Under the pieces are notes generated by a model that worked only from the letters and a program-made list of their open reading frames with translations, was not told where the DNA came from and did not search any database. A program made the position numbers and the translations under genes. A stretch of 64,000 nt of DNA, from the NCBI GenBank assembly GCA_046759185.1, contig JBHIBO010000003.1:18865-82864 (forward strand). Direction: 5' to 3'. The stretch comes from Thermoplasmata archaeon (GTDB lineage: Archaea > Thermoplasmatota > Thermoplasmata > RBG-16-68-12 > JAJISG01). Of this stretch, positions 17,855-28,152 are shown one piece after another. Position 1 is the first letter of the stretch. The number at the start of each line of letters is the position of its first letter.

Positions 17855-19758
17855 AAATTCCTTCTCATCTCCGGCGGATGCTAGAGAGGGCCTTGGAGGA
17901 CACGGAGGCCTTTTGGGCGGAGGCGGCGGAAGAGCTCCATTGGTTTAGAAGGTGGGACAAGGTCTTCGAGTGGAAGTCCCCCCTCTTCAGATGGTTTCTC
18001 GGCGGGCAGACGAACCTGTCCTACAATTGTGTTGACTACCACGTGGAACGGGGGAGGGGGAATCGAGCAGCAATCGTGTGGGAATCTCCGGAAACGGGAA
18101 AGGATCGCATCCTCACTTACAACCTGCTGCTCCGGGAAGTCGAGCGGTTCGCCGCAGCGCTGAAGGCACTCGGTGTCGGAAAGGGCGACACCGTGACCAT
18201 TTACCTGCCTGTGATCCCGGAAGCCGCCATCGCCATGCTCGCGACGACCCGGATCGGCGCCATCCACTCTGTCGTTTTCGCGGGCTTCGGCTCTCCCGCC
18301 CTCGCAGAGAGAATTGTGGACGCCGGCTCTAAAGTGGTGGTCACGGCAGATGTTGCCTACAGGAAGGGAAAGACCATCCAGCTCAAGGAGACAGTGGACG
18401 AGGCTCTTGAGACTCCGAATCCGGTGGAGAAGGTGATCGTGCTCGAGAGGGGCGTTCAGGAGCCACCAGGGAAGAAGGGGAGGGACCTGTCCTGGGAGGG
18501 GGCTTTAGAGCTTGGGAAGAGTGTAACCGCCGATGTTGTGGCAATGGAGGCAAATGAGCCGGCCTACATCCTCTACACCTCCGGAACGACGGCTAAACCC
18601 AAAGGGACGGTGCACGTCCACGGCGGATACCAGGTCTACATCCATGCCATGGGCAAATGGGTTTTCGATATGAAAGGCACGGAAACGTGGTGGGCGTCGT
18701 CGGATGTCGGTTGGATCGTCGGGCACAGCTACATGATCTACGCCCCGCTCCTCATCGGTTGCTCCACCGTGATGTACGAGGGGGTCCCCGATTATCCGTC
18801 CCCCGATGCGTGGTGGAGGGTGGTCGAGAAGCACCGGGTCACCAAGATATTCACGGCCCCGACGGCCGTCAGGCTACTGATGAAGTACGGGGAAGAATGG
18901 CCTAGGAAGCACGACCTGACCTCTTTGAAGGCGGTCGTGTCGGCGGGGGAAGTGCTCAATCCCGCTGCGGTGGAATGGCTGCAGAAAAAGGTCCTTGATG
19001 ATGTCGTGCCGGTAATCGATCACATGTGGCAGACCGAAAGCGGGGGCCCCATGGTGGGCAATCCGTACGGCATTAGTATGTTACCTATCAAGGCCGGCTC
19101 GGCGACGATACCCCTTCCCGGCATCGAAGGCGATATCGTCGATAACCAGGGAAAGTCGCTCCCTCCAGGCACCAAGGGGATCTTCGTGTGCCGCCGACCC
19201 TTCCCCGGACTGACCCCGACCCTCTGGAACGATCCGGACAGATACGCCCGTGACTACTGGAACAAGATTCCAGACTGCTACTACACGGGTGACGCCGCCC
19301 TGAGAGATGAAGATGGGTACGTGTGGTTCCTAGGAAGGGATGATGAAGTCATGAACATCGCGGCCCACCGCATTGGCACCATCGAGGTCGAGAACGTGTT
19401 GGTGGCGCATCCTGCTGTGACGGAGGCGGCCGTGGTTGGGAAGCCGGACCCCCTCAAAGGCGAGGTGGCCGTTGCCTTTATGGTCCTCAAGAAGGGCCAG
19501 GAGCGGAGCCCACGACTCAAGCAGGAACTGAGGGACCTGGTCAGGGAGGGGATCGGACCCTTCGTCGTCCTCGAGGACATCCTCTTCGTGAACATGGTGC
19601 CAAAGACCAGGAGTGGCAAGATAATGCGGAGGCTAATCAAGGCGTTCATAACCGAGGGGGAGCTTGGAGACTACTCCACCATAGAGGATGAAGCGTCCCT
19701 GGATGAGGTCAGGAGAGCGGTCGAGGGGCTCACCGAAGCCCTCAGAGGGGCGGGGTAG
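17851..19758 (+). CDS. acetyl-CoA synthetase paralog (AMP-forming acyl-CoA synthetase, Acs family)
   Basis: ORF trimmed to ATG at 17851 (MKIPSHLRRM...), with an ATGA overlap on the upstream FadD-like gene. It has WFRRWDKVF...FRWFLGGQTNLSYNCVDYH, YTSGTTAKPKGTVHVHGGY and SGKIMRRLIKAF. Confidence 0.9.
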   Translation: MKIPSHLRRMLERALEDTEAFWAEAAEELHWFRRWDKVFEWKSPLFRWFLGGQTNLSYNCVDYHVERGRGNRAAIVWESPETGKDRILTYNLLLREVERFAAALKALGVGKGDTVTIYLPVIPEAAIAMLATTRIGAIHSVVFAGFGSPALAERIVDAGSKVVVTADVAYRKGKTIQLKETVDEALETPNPVEKVIVLERGVQEPPGKKGRDLSWEGALELGKSVTADVVAMEANEPAYILYTSGTTAKPKGTVHVHGGYQVYIHAMGKWVFDMKGTETWWASSDVGWIVGHSYMIYAPLLIGCSTVMYEGVPDYPSPDAWWRVVEKHRVTKIFTAPTAVRLLMKYGEEWPRKHDLTSLKAVVSAGEVLNPAAVEWLQKKVLDDVVPVIDHMWQTESGGPMVGNPYGISMLPIKAGSATIPLPGIEGDIVDNQGKSLPPGTKGIFVCRRPFPGLTPTLWNDPDRYARDYWNKIPDCYYTGDAALRDEDGYVWFLGRDDEVMNIAAHRIGTIEVENVLVAHPAVTEAAVVGKPDPLKGEVAVAFMVLKKGQERSPRLKQELRDLVREGIGPFVVLEDILFVNMVPKTRSGKIMRRLIKAFITEGELGDYSTIEDEASLDEVRRAVEGLTEALRGAG

Positions 19759-19761
19759 GCT

Positions 19762-20805
19762 ATGAGGGCGGTCGTCTTCAGCGAGCACGGCGGGCTCGAG
19801 AAGCTCCAGTACACGGAGGTGCTACAGCCGGAGACCTCGGCCATGGAGGTCTTGATCCGGGTAAAGGCCTCCGGCTGCAACTACAACGACATATGGGCTC
19901 GAACTGGAATGCCTGGGTTGAAAGTGCCCCTACCCCACATATCGGGCAGCGACGTTTCGGGGGTGGTAGCCGAGGTCGGAGAGGAAGTCTCCAGAGTTAA
20001 CGTGGGAGACGAGGTCCTCATCCATCCAGGAATTTCGTGTAGGAGTTGCGAATACTGCACCTCGGGCAGGGAGTACTTTTGCAGACAGTTTCGGATCTAT
20101 GGATTTCAGACAGGTCCCTTGGAGGGCGGCCACGCGGAATACGCAAAGCTTCCGGAGGCGAATGTGCTTCCCAAGCCGGAGAACCTGACCTTTGAAGAGG
20201 CTGCGGCCCTTCCCCTCGTCCTCCTGACCGTCTGGCATATGCTCGTAACACGGGCCGGGGTCAAACCTGGCCATGACGTCCTGGTCCTGGGTGGCGCCGG
20301 CGGGGTTGGGAGTACGGCGATCCAGGTGGGGAAGCTCTTCGGAGCGCGGGTAATCGCCACGGTCGGAAACGAGGAAAAGCTGGAACTGGCCCGCAAACTC
20401 GGGGCAGACGAGGTAATCAATCACTCGGCGCAGAACATCGCCGAGGAGGTGAGAAAGGCGACCCACAGGCGAGGGGTAGACATCGTCGTGGAACACGTAG
20501 GTCAAGCGACGTGGGAGCAAAGCATGAGCAGCCTCGCCTGGGGTGGTACAATCGTGACATGCGGCGCGACGACGGGGTACGATGCCAGAACGGATCTGAG
20601 GTACCTCTTCAACAAACAGCTTAACCTCTTAGGCTCGCATCAAGGCCGCAAAGCCGAGCTTGTGGAGGCTCTCAGGTTCGTGAAGAGCGGGGAAATAAAA
20701 CCCGTGATCTCGACCGTCCTGCCCTTATCACAAGCCGCGGAAGCGCAGAGGCAGATGGAGCAGAGAGAAGTCATGGGGAAAGTCGTCCTGACCCCCTCAC
20801 CATAG
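19762..20805 (+). CDS. zinc-binding alcohol dehydrogenase / MDR-family oxidoreductase
   Basis: 347 aa. It has structural-zinc Cys motifs (CRSCEYCTSG), a GxGxxG NAD(P) site (VLGGAGGVGSTAIQ), and the typical MDR N-terminus (ISGSDVSGVV). Confidence 0.85.
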   Translation: MRAVVFSEHGGLEKLQYTEVLQPETSAMEVLIRVKASGCNYNDIWARTGMPGLKVPLPHISGSDVSGVVAEVGEEVSRVNVGDEVLIHPGISCRSCEYCTSGREYFCRQFRIYGFQTGPLEGGHAEYAKLPEANVLPKPENLTFEEAAALPLVLLTVWHMLVTRAGVKPGHDVLVLGGAGGVGSTAIQVGKLFGARVIATVGNEEKLELARKLGADEVINHSAQNIAEEVRKATHRRGVDIVVEHVGQATWEQSMSSLAWGGTIVTCGATTGYDARTDLRYLFNKQLNLLGSHQGRKAELVEALRFVKSGEIKPVISTVLPLSQAAEAQRQMEQREVMGKVVLTPSP

Positions 20806-21024
20806 GTTCAGTTTCAGCAGGTTTCATCGCAAGACACCTAGGAGATTGGAGCTACCCTCAGTTTTGCAGCATAAGCCCTCCAGCGCGTCAATGCAACGCC
20901 GATAACACCATCTCAATACCCTGACCGCCATGGTCCCACACTTCGCCCGGTCCAGACTAGGTGGGCGGCTTGGTCAGCCCTAGAAGGCGGTAGAGGGGGG
21001 AGTCCTCAGACAATCTACAAAGGT

Positions 21025-21032
21025 ATTTATTC
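21025..21032 (+). promoter_or_regulatory. putative TATA box (TATTTATT) of the form-II coxMSL operon
   Basis: AT-rich island in otherwise GC-rich DNA, 40-47 nt upstream of the coxM-like start at 21072. Confidence 0.4.
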
Positions 21033-21071
21033 AGATATTTGCTACACGCCAGCCCTGGGGGAAGGAGCTTG

Positions 21072-21947
21072 ATGCCTGCAAGGTTTGACTACTATGCGCC
21101 TACCTCGCTCAGCGAGGCTGTCGAGCTTTTGGAACGCCACGACGACAAGGCGAGGGTCCTGGCTGGGGGCCAGAGCCTCGTCCCCCTGATGAAGCTCCGG
21201 GTCGGCGAGCCGCTCGGCGTTCTCGTTGATCTCAATCGAATCGAAGACCTGGGATACGTGAAGGAGGAGGATGGTGCCCTCCGCATCGGGGCCCTGGCAC
21301 GCCATCGTGACTTGGAAAACTCGGACATCATCCAAGGTCGTTACCCCCTACTGGCCGACGCCGCGGGGACCATCGGCGACCTCCAGATCCGCAACCTAGG
21401 AACCCCCGCCGGGTCCTTGGCCCATGCCGACCCCGCCTCCGACTGGGGAGCGGCCTTCCTGGCGTTTGAGAGCGAGGTCACCGCCACCTCTGCAAAGGGG
21501 GTTCGGACCATCTCGCTGGATGACTTCTTCGTGGACACCTTCGCCACCGCCTTGGAGCCCGGCGAGGTTCTCACGGAGATTCGGGTTCCCTCTGTAGGGA
21601 ACGGTTCCGGCGGAAGCTATCAGAAGCTCAAGAGGAAGGCGGGGGACTTCGCCACCGTCGGAGTGGCCGCACAGCTGCAGCTCGATGGGGGTGGGACTGT
21701 GAGCCAGGCGAGACTTGCCCTGACGGCGGTGGGAGCGACGCCCTTCCGCGCCCAGGATGGGGAGGACCGCCTGCGGGACGGTCCGGCGGACGAGGCGGCC
21801 GTGGCCGAGGCGGCCGGCCTGGCGGCCCAGGCGGCCGAGCCCACAGACGATCTCCGAGGATCCTCGGAATACAAGCGGGCCATGGTGGAGGTCTTCACCC
21901 GGCGTGCGTTGGAGACCGCGCTGGAAAGGGCGAGAGGAGGATCCTGA
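21072..21947 (+). CDS. Mo-hydroxylase FAD-binding medium subunit (CoxM-like), form-II cluster
   Basis: MPARFDYYAPTSLSEAVELLE...AGGQSLVPLMKLR. This is the FAD-binding PCMH domain. GGAGG RBS lies before the ATG. Confidence 0.85.
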   Translation: MPARFDYYAPTSLSEAVELLERHDDKARVLAGGQSLVPLMKLRVGEPLGVLVDLNRIEDLGYVKEEDGALRIGALARHRDLENSDIIQGRYPLLADAAGTIGDLQIRNLGTPAGSLAHADPASDWGAAFLAFESEVTATSAKGVRTISLDDFFVDTFATALEPGEVLTEIRVPSVGNGSGGSYQKLKRKAGDFATVGVAAQLQLDGGGTVSQARLALTAVGATPFRAQDGEDRLRDGPADEAAVAEAAGLAAQAAEPTDDLRGSSEYKRAMVEVFTRRALETALERARGGS

Positions 21948-21990
21948 TTATGAGCGAAGAGTTTCTTGGCTGGACTGGGAGGGAGAGGTG

Positions 21991-22476
21991 ATGGAGGGAG
22001 AACCGAAGCTGCATCACGTCGCGCTGACCGTAAATGACGAGCGCCGCGAGGGAGACGTCGAGGCCCGTGTCCTACTGGTGGACTTCCTGCGCGACCAGCT
22101 GCGTCTCACGGGCGCCCACGTCGGCTGCGACACAGGCCACTGCGGGGCGTGCACCGTGGTCGTAAACGGTCGCGCGATCAAGGCCTGTTCCATGTTCGCC
22201 GTCCAGGCCGACGGCGCTGAGGTGCTCACCATCGAAGGCCTGGCCTCCGACGGGGAGCTGCATCCGCTTCAGAGGTCCTTCTCGGAGCACCACGGGTTGC
22301 AGTGTGGCTTCTGCACGCCCGGCCTCATCATGACGGCCTACGAACTCTTGGAGCGGAATCCCGATCCCACGGAAGCACAGGTTCGCGAGGGGATATCGGG
22401 CAACATGTGTCGATGCACCGGCTATGTGAACGTCGTGAAGGCCGTCCTTGCGACGGCGGGAGCGAAGGAGGGATAA
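21991..22476 (+). CDS. Mo-hydroxylase [2Fe-2S] small subunit (CoxS-like), form-II cluster
   Basis: Both 2Fe-2S motifs are present: [11 protein letters not shown], and QCGFCTPG...CRCTGY. The ORF was trimmed to ATG at 21991. Confidence 0.85.
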   Translation: MEGEPKLHHVALTVNDERREGDVEARVLLVDFLRDQLRLTGAHVGCDTGHCGACTVVVNGRAIKACSMFAVQADGAEVLTIEGLASDGELHPLQRSFSEHHGLQCGFCTPGLIMTAYELLERNPDPTEAQVREGISGNMCRCTGYVNVVKAVLATAGAKEG

Positions 22477-22480
22477 GGCG

Positions 22481-24832
22481 ATGGCAGCAGCTGAGAAGTA
22501 CGTGGGAGCGCGTGTCCAGAGAAAAGAGGATGCCCGGTTTGTCACCGGAACGGGCAGCTACGTAGCAGACCTGGCCCTGCCGGGCATGCTCCACGCGGTC
22601 TTCCTGCGAAGCCCCTACGCCCACGCCAAGATCAAGAAGGTCGACGTCGCCGCGGCCCAAAAGCTCCCGGGGGTCGTGGAGGTCTTCACAGGGGAGGACC
22701 TGAAGGACGACATCGGTTCCACCCCCACCGCCTGGGTGATTCCCGATTCGGATTTGAAGACACCACCCTACCAAGCCCTGGCCACGGAACGGGTCCGCTA
22801 CCAGGGCGAAGCCGTGGCCGTCGTGGTGGCAGAGGATCCCGCCATCGGTGCCGATGCCATCGAGCTCATTGACGTAGACTACGAACCCCTTCCGGTGGTC
22901 GTGAACCAGGAGGAGGCCCTCAAGGAGGGAGCGCCCCAGCTCCACGAAGAGGCGCCCGGCAACCAGGCCTTCAAATGGGTCCTGCCGGGCGGGGACGTGG
23001 ACGCGGCCTTCGAGGAGGCCGACGTCGTGGTGGAGCAGCGCCTCGTCAACCAGAGGCTCCAGCCCTCGGCCATGGAGCCGCGAGCCGCCCTGGCCCAGTG
23101 GGACGAGGTGGACGAGAAGCTCACGCTGTGGGTGACCTCGCAGAACCCCCACATTCATCGTCTCATCCTGGCCGCGTTTGTCCTCGGGATTCCCGAGAAC
23201 AAACTTCGAGTCATCGCCCCGGACGTGGGAGGCGGCTTTGGGAGCAAGATCCCGATCTACCCATGGGAAGCCGTCGTATCTCATCTCGCCAGAAAGTTGG
23301 GCCGCCCCGTCAAGTGGGTGGAGAGCCGGACGGAGAATTACCAAGCGACGACTCACGGTCGGGACATGGTCCAGGACGTCGAGATGGCCGCAAAGAAGGA
23401 CGGTACAATCCTCGGCATCAAGATCAAGGCCTTCGCGAATATGGGGGCCTATCTGTCCACGGCCGCGCCCGGAATTCCGACGATTCTCTTCGGGTTCATT
23501 ATCAGCGGTGCCTACACCATGAAGGCCACCCATGCCGAGGTAATCGGTGTGTTCACCAACACGACCCCTACGGATGCCTACCGGGGGGCGGGCCGTCCCG
23601 AGGCCATGTTCGCGGTGGAGCGGATGGTAGACATCCTCGCCCGGAAGCTGGGCATGGACCCCGTGGAGATCCGTCGGAAGAACTTCGTTTCTCCGGACGC
23701 CTTCCCGTACCAGATTCCCACAGGCCTGACTTACGACAGCGGGAATTACCCCGGGACCCTGGCAAAGGCCCTGAAGATCTTGGACTACGACGCATTCCGA
23801 GAGGAGCAGGCGAAGGCGCGCGAGGAGGGCCGTCTCCTTGGCATCGGTTTCTCCACCTACCTGGAGTTGTGCGGCTTGGCCCCCTCTCCGGTTTCCACCG
23901 GCACCGGTTTCCAGGGAGGCCTCTGGGGCAGCTCCGTCTGTCGGATGCTTCCCACGGGCAAGGTCTCCGTATTCACAGGGGCGCACCCCCACGGGCAGGG
24001 AGAGGAGACAACCTTCGCCCAGATCGCCGCGGACGAGCTCGGCGTGCCCGTGGAGGACGTGGAAATCGTCCACGGGGACACGGACATGACCCCCATGGGC
24101 ATGGGGACCTACGGCAGCCGCACGAACCCGGTTGAGGGCGGGTCGGTCGCCCTCTCGGCCCGCAAGGTGGTGGCCAAGGCGAAGAGGATCGCGGCCCACC
24201 TCTTGGAGGCGCGCACCGAAGACATGGCCTTCGAGGGGGGGAAGTTCTTCGTGAAAGGGGCCCCTGACAAGGCCAAGACCATTCAGGAAGTCGCTTTCGC
24301 GGCCTACATGGCTCAGAGCATGCCCGAAGGGGTGGAGCCCATTCTGGAGGCCACCACCTTCTACGATCCCACGAACTTCGTCTATCCCTTTGGTGCCCAC
24401 ATCTGCACGGTGGAGGTGGACTCCGAGACCGGCGAGGTGGAGATCCTACGATACGTGGCCGTGGACGACTGCGGGACGATCATCAACCCCATGATCGTGG
24501 AGGGCCAGGTCCACGGGGGCGTTCTCCAAGGCGTGGCCCAGGCCCTCTGGGAGGAAGCCCGCTACGACGAGGACGGGAACCTGCTGACTGGCAGTTTCAC
24601 GGAATACCTGGTGCCCACGGCGCTGGAGAGTCCGAAGATCGAGACGGACCATACGGTCACGCCGTCCCCGCACAACCCCCTGGGGGCGAAGGGCATCGGC
24701 GAGACGGGAACCATCGCCTCGTCCGAGGCCGTCATCAACGCCATCGTGGACGCCCTGGAGCCTTATGGAGTGACCCACGTAGACATGCCCGCCACCCCCG
24801 AGAAGCTGTGGCGCCTCATCCAAGAAACGTAG
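22481..24832 (+). CDS. Mo-hydroxylase large subunit, CoxL-like form II
   Basis: Trimmed to MAAAEKYVG at 22481. The active-site loop is NTTPTDAYRGAGRPEAMF (form II). Confidence 0.9.
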   Translation: MAAAEKYVGARVQRKEDARFVTGTGSYVADLALPGMLHAVFLRSPYAHAKIKKVDVAAAQKLPGVVEVFTGEDLKDDIGSTPTAWVIPDSDLKTPPYQALATERVRYQGEAVAVVVAEDPAIGADAIELIDVDYEPLPVVVNQEEALKEGAPQLHEEAPGNQAFKWVLPGGDVDAAFEEADVVVEQRLVNQRLQPSAMEPRAALAQWDEVDEKLTLWVTSQNPHIHRLILAAFVLGIPENKLRVIAPDVGGGFGSKIPIYPWEAVVSHLARKLGRPVKWVESRTENYQATTHGRDMVQDVEMAAKKDGTILGIKIKAFANMGAYLSTAAPGIPTILFGFIISGAYTMKATHAEVIGVFTNTTPTDAYRGAGRPEAMFAVERMVDILARKLGMDPVEIRRKNFVSPDAFPYQIPTGLTYDSGNYPGTLAKALKILDYDAFREEQAKAREEGRLLGIGFSTYLELCGLAPSPVSTGTGFQGGLWGSSVCRMLPTGKVSVFTGAHPHGQGEETTFAQIAADELGVPVEDVEIVHGDTDMTPMGMGTYGSRTNPVEGGSVALSARKVVAKAKRIAAHLLEARTEDMAFEGGKFFVKGAPDKAKTIQEVAFAAYMAQSMPEGVEPILEATTFYDPTNFVYPFGAHICTVEVDSETGEVEILRYVAVDDCGTIINPMIVEGQVHGGVLQGVAQALWEEARYDEDGNLLTGSFTEYLVPTALESPKIETDHTVTPSPHNPLGAKGIGETGTIASSEAVINAIVDALEPYGVTHVDMPATPEKLWRLIQET

Positions 24833-24836
24833 TTTC

Positions 24837-26099
24837 TCACCCCGTGGAGGCGCCGCTCACGTCTCCCTCGGGACCCGTCACGCCGAGCGAAGCCACGGGC
24901 GCTCTCGGCGGTCGTGGGTACAGGGCATGGACGGGTCGTCCGAAGTAGCGGGCGTATTGATCCCGGCGTGCCAAGGCCGTCGGCGGTACCAACAGGTCCA
25001 CGTGGGGAAGGGCCTGCCTCATCCCCGCCACCTCGGCACGGAAGTCAGGACGCTCGGCGTAGGGGTTCATCCAGAGGAGAAGGAAGGCGCGGCGCCGGAG
25101 GGACGCCATCTGGTCCTCCAAGAGGTGCAGGCTGCCCACGTCCCACCCGTCGCTCAGGATGAGCACGACGGTCCGCCCGTCGACCGTGGACCCGTGGTGA
25201 CGCTGAAACTCCGCGAGGCACCGCCCGATCTGCGTGCCTCCCCCCGCATGCGCCAGCTTCTCAGACACATAGCGGACGGCCTCACGATAAGGCCGGCCGC
25301 GCAGGACGGCCGTCAGGGGCCAGAGCTCCGTGCTGAAGGCGTAGAGCCGGGCGGAGGGAATCGCTCGAAGGAGGGCGTACACGATGCCAAGGAGGAGGGG
25401 CCCGTGTCCCTCCATGCTCCCGCTCACGTCCCACAGAACGACCAAACGGGTCCGCTGTAGTTTCCGGCGATGCCGCCGGACGGCGAGCCACTCGCCCCCG
25501 GATCGGAGGCTAGCCCGTGCCGTCCGCGGGAAGTCCACGGCCCCTCGGCGGCTCGCCACGCGCCTTCGCCCCTCAACCGTCGCCGCCCACCGCCGGAATC
25601 GCCGGGCCAATCGTTTCATCGTGTCGAGCTCGCGTCGACTTGGCATCTCGAGGTCTCTGGGGCCTGGAGGCGCTTCGGGACTGTAGACGAGAAGGCGCAA
25701 GCGATCGACACTCCAGGGAACTCGATCCCGACCCGCCCGTACACGCCCGCGCTGGGTACTCCAGGCCTCCTCGACGCTGCCGGGCTGTTGGGGTACGGGA
25801 GGTCGGGCGGGTGGCGCCCTGCTTTCTCCCGGCAAGACGCCCGGCATGCCGGACCGGGACCAATACTCTTCGAAGGCGTTCTCAAAGACAGGGAAGTCTT
25901 CCGCCCGCTTGACCAAGGTCGTCCGACAGGCGAGGTAGAACTCTCGTCTCCGCAACCGGTTCACGTGGTCGAGAGCCCTCGCGAGGTCCAGCTCTTCGCC
26001 GAGCCCCACGGGCATGCCTCGTGCCCGCAGCAGGCCAAAGAACCCGGCCAGGCGGCGGGAGAGGCCGCCACCGTCCGCTGGCACCTGCCCGGTCCTCAT
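24837..26099 (-). CDS. coxE: VWA-domain CODH maturation protein CoxE
   Basis: 420 aa. The VWA MIDAS motif is LVVLWDVSGSM, and it pairs with the upstream MoxR ATPase. Confidence 0.85.
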   Translation of the reverse strand: MRTGQVPADGGGLSRRLAGFFGLLRARGMPVGLGEELDLARALDHVNRLRRREFYLACRTTLVKRAEDFPVFENAFEEYWSRSGMPGVLPGESRAPPARPPVPQQPGSVEEAWSTQRGRVRAGRDRVPWSVDRLRLLVYSPEAPPGPRDLEMPSRRELDTMKRLARRFRRWAATVEGRRRVASRRGAVDFPRTARASLRSGGEWLAVRRHRRKLQRTRLVVLWDVSGSMEGHGPLLLGIVYALLRAIPSARLYAFSTELWPLTAVLRGRPYREAVRYVSEKLAHAGGGTQIGRCLAEFQRHHGSTVDGRTVVLILSDGWDVGSLHLLEDQMASLRRRAFLLLWMNPYAERPDFRAEVAGMRQALPHVDLLVPPTALARRDQYARYFGRPVHALYPRPPRAPVASLGVTGPEGDVSGASTG

Positions 26100-27028
26100 G
26101 ACCTCAACAACAGGTCGACCTTCTCCTCGAGCAGTCGCAGGTCCTCTGCCTCTTTCGCCACAAAGCCGAGGGTCTCGAGCAGGGTCTTCTTGTCCATGTG
26201 TTCAACCCCGAGGGCGAGCAGCGCGGCCACCCAGTCCAGGGTCTCCGAGATGCCAGGTCTCTTCAGGACCTCCTCTTCCGTTCGGACGCGTTGGACAAAG
26301 GACAGGACCTCCTCGGCGAGACCCTCGTCGAGTTCCGGGACCCGACGACGGAGGATCGTGAGCTCCTTCTCCCACGAGGGGTAGTCGATGTACAGGTACA
26401 GACAGCGTCGCTTGAGGGCATCGCTCAGCTCCCGCGTCCGGTTCGACGTGATGATGACGAAGGGGACCCGCTCCGCCCGAAAGGTCCCGATTTCCGGGAT
26501 GGTCACCTGGAACTCCGAGAGGAACTCCAGGAGAAGCCCCTCGAACTCCTCGTCCGCTCGGTCGATTTCGTCGATGAGGAGGGTGGGGGGTTTGGGGCCG
26601 TCGTGGTTTAGGGCCTTAAGGAGGGGGCGCCGGAGAAGGAACTTCTCGCTGAAAATCTCCGCCTCCAGCTCCGAGGGATCCTTCTGTTTCTCCTGCAGGC
26701 GGATCGCCAGCAGTTGCTTGGGGTAGTTCCATTCGTATAGGGTGGATTCGGCATCCAAGCCCTCGTAGCACTGGAGGCGGATGAGGTCCGTGTCGAGGGC
26801 CTCGGAGAGGGCGCGGGCGATGTCCGTCTTTCCACACCCCGGTTCGCCTTCTACGAGGAGCGGCTTGCCGAGCTTCATCGAGAGGTAGACCGCCATGGCG
26901 ATCGACCGGTCGGCAACGTACTCGCTTTTCTCAAAGGCCTCAATGACCTCCTCGGGCTTGCTAAAGGGAGCTTCGTTCGCCACTTGCTGGTCCGCCATGG
27001 GTGTTCTCAGGGGTTCAGATGCTGCCAT
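26096..27028 (-). CDS. coxD: MoxR-like AAA+ ATPase CoxD
   Basis: Walker A VEGEPGCGKTD and Walker B LLIDEIDRA. It overlaps coxE by 4 nt. Confidence 0.85.
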   Translation of the reverse strand: MAASEPLRTPMADQQVANEAPFSKPEEVIEAFEKSEYVADRSIAMAVYLSMKLGKPLLVEGEPGCGKTDIARALSEALDTDLIRLQCYEGLDAESTLYEWNYPKQLLAIRLQEKQKDPSELEAEIFSEKFLLRRPLLKALNHDGPKPPTLLIDEIDRADEEFEGLLLEFLSEFQVTIPEIGTFRAERVPFVIITSNRTRELSDALKRRCLYLYIDYPSWEKELTILRRRVPELDEGLAEEVLSFVQRVRTEEEVLKRPGISETLDWVAALLALGVEHMDKKTLLETLGFVAKEAEDLRLLEEKVDLLLRS

Positions 27029-27074
27029 CTGATGAAAGCCCTTTCGTTTGGAGCGCTGTGGACGACTTCCGTGC

Positions 27075-28052
27075 CTAGGTCCTCTCCGGTTGCACGGGAA
27101 CGGGCTTGGCTCCCTTCAGGTTCCGCCGAGGGAACTCCTCGATGTAGGCCCCGTAGTAGGGAACGCGATTGGCGACTACGCGGCGAAAGGCCGCACGAAT
27201 CCCCGCGTCCGACAGTCCCCGGAGCGGGACGAGATCGTCACTCCGGTTGAGGCAGCCTTTGAGTCTGCCATCATGCGTCAAGCGAATCCGGTGGCAGTTC
27301 TCGCAGAAGGCTTGGTTGTACACGGGGTCGACGATCTCCACGCGGGCCCCCTTGAGGCAGTAAATGCGCCGACTATGAGCCCGGCGGATGTCGATCCGGT
27401 CGGCCTGTTCGGCCAGCCAGGCCGCCACCCCGTCGATGTCCACCATCCAGTCCTCGTGCCCCGTGAGCTCGGGCATGTATTGGATGAGTTGGAGGACGAG
27501 GCCGCCTCGCCCCTTCTCCACGAACTCCAACATCTTCGGGATCTGGGGTAGGGTGTGCTTCATCACGACCATGTTCAGTTTGACGGGAGTGAGGCCCACC
27601 TCGAGAGCCGCGGCGATGCCCTTTACGACAGGGTGGATGTCTGCTCCGCGGATGGCCCTGAACACCTCGGCGTGGATGCTGTCGATGGAGACGTTGACTC
27701 GGGTCAGTCCCGCCTCCCGGAGACCCACAGCCCGGGAGGCGAGCATGGATCCGTTTGTGGTGAGGGATACATTGGGAATGTGGGCCGCCCCCCGGGCCAC
27801 TATCTCCTCCAGGTCGGACCGCACCATGGCCTCCCCGCCCGTGATGTGGAGACTCGTGAAGCCGAAATCCTTCGCGATGCGGATGACGCGTTCGATTTCC
27901 TCGGGCGCCAACTCCTCGTCGTGGGGGTCCCCCGGTCGCCTGATGGCCCCGAGGCCCTCGTTGTGGCAGTAGATGCAGGAAAAGTTGCACCGCCTGGTGA
28001 CCGAGACCCGAAGGTCCGTGGCCTCGCGGCCGAACCGGTCGACGAGGACCAT
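27075..28052 (-). CDS. moaA: GTP 3',8-cyclase MoaA (radical SAM)
   Basis: CNFSCIYCH radical-SAM Cys triad near the N-terminus and a C-terminal CENCHRIRLTHDGRLKGCL second cluster. It is upstream of coxDE on the same strand. Confidence 0.9.
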   Translation of the reverse strand: MVLVDRFGREATDLRVSVTRRCNFSCIYCHNEGLGAIRRPGDPHDEELAPEEIERVIRIAKDFGFTSLHITGGEAMVRSDLEEIVARGAAHIPNVSLTTNGSMLASRAVGLREAGLTRVNVSIDSIHAEVFRAIRGADIHPVVKGIAAALEVGLTPVKLNMVVMKHTLPQIPKMLEFVEKGRGGLVLQLIQYMPELTGHEDWMVDIDGVAAWLAEQADRIDIRRAHSRRIYCLKGARVEIVDPVYNQAFCENCHRIRLTHDGRLKGCLNRSDDLVPLRGLSDAGIRAAFRRVVANRVPYYGAYIEEFPRRNLKGAKPVPVQPERT

Positions 28053-28152
28053 GTCGGAGATAGGCGCCTCCTAAGTAAGAATCTAACGGGTTTACTCAAC
28101 CGCGGCGCCCAGGAGTCAGCCCTTTAATAGACAGCAGGAGTGGCCGTGGTCC

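Noticed and set aside
22328-24400. 690-aa minus-strand ORF
   Set aside because: It is antisense to the form-II large subunit and has a His/Arg/Gly-rich composition.
25470-26384. 304-aa plus-strand ORF
   Set aside because: It is antisense to coxE/coxD. It is Arg/Ser/Pro rich.
28056-28071. Third occurrence of the GATAGGCGC core (GGAGATAGGCGCCTCC) between moaA and the MOT1 gene
   Set aside because: A 9-mer match is expected by chance about 0.5 times in 64 kb. On the minus strand it reads GGAGGCGCC..., which is simply the Shine-Dalgarno region 11 nt before the moaA ATG.
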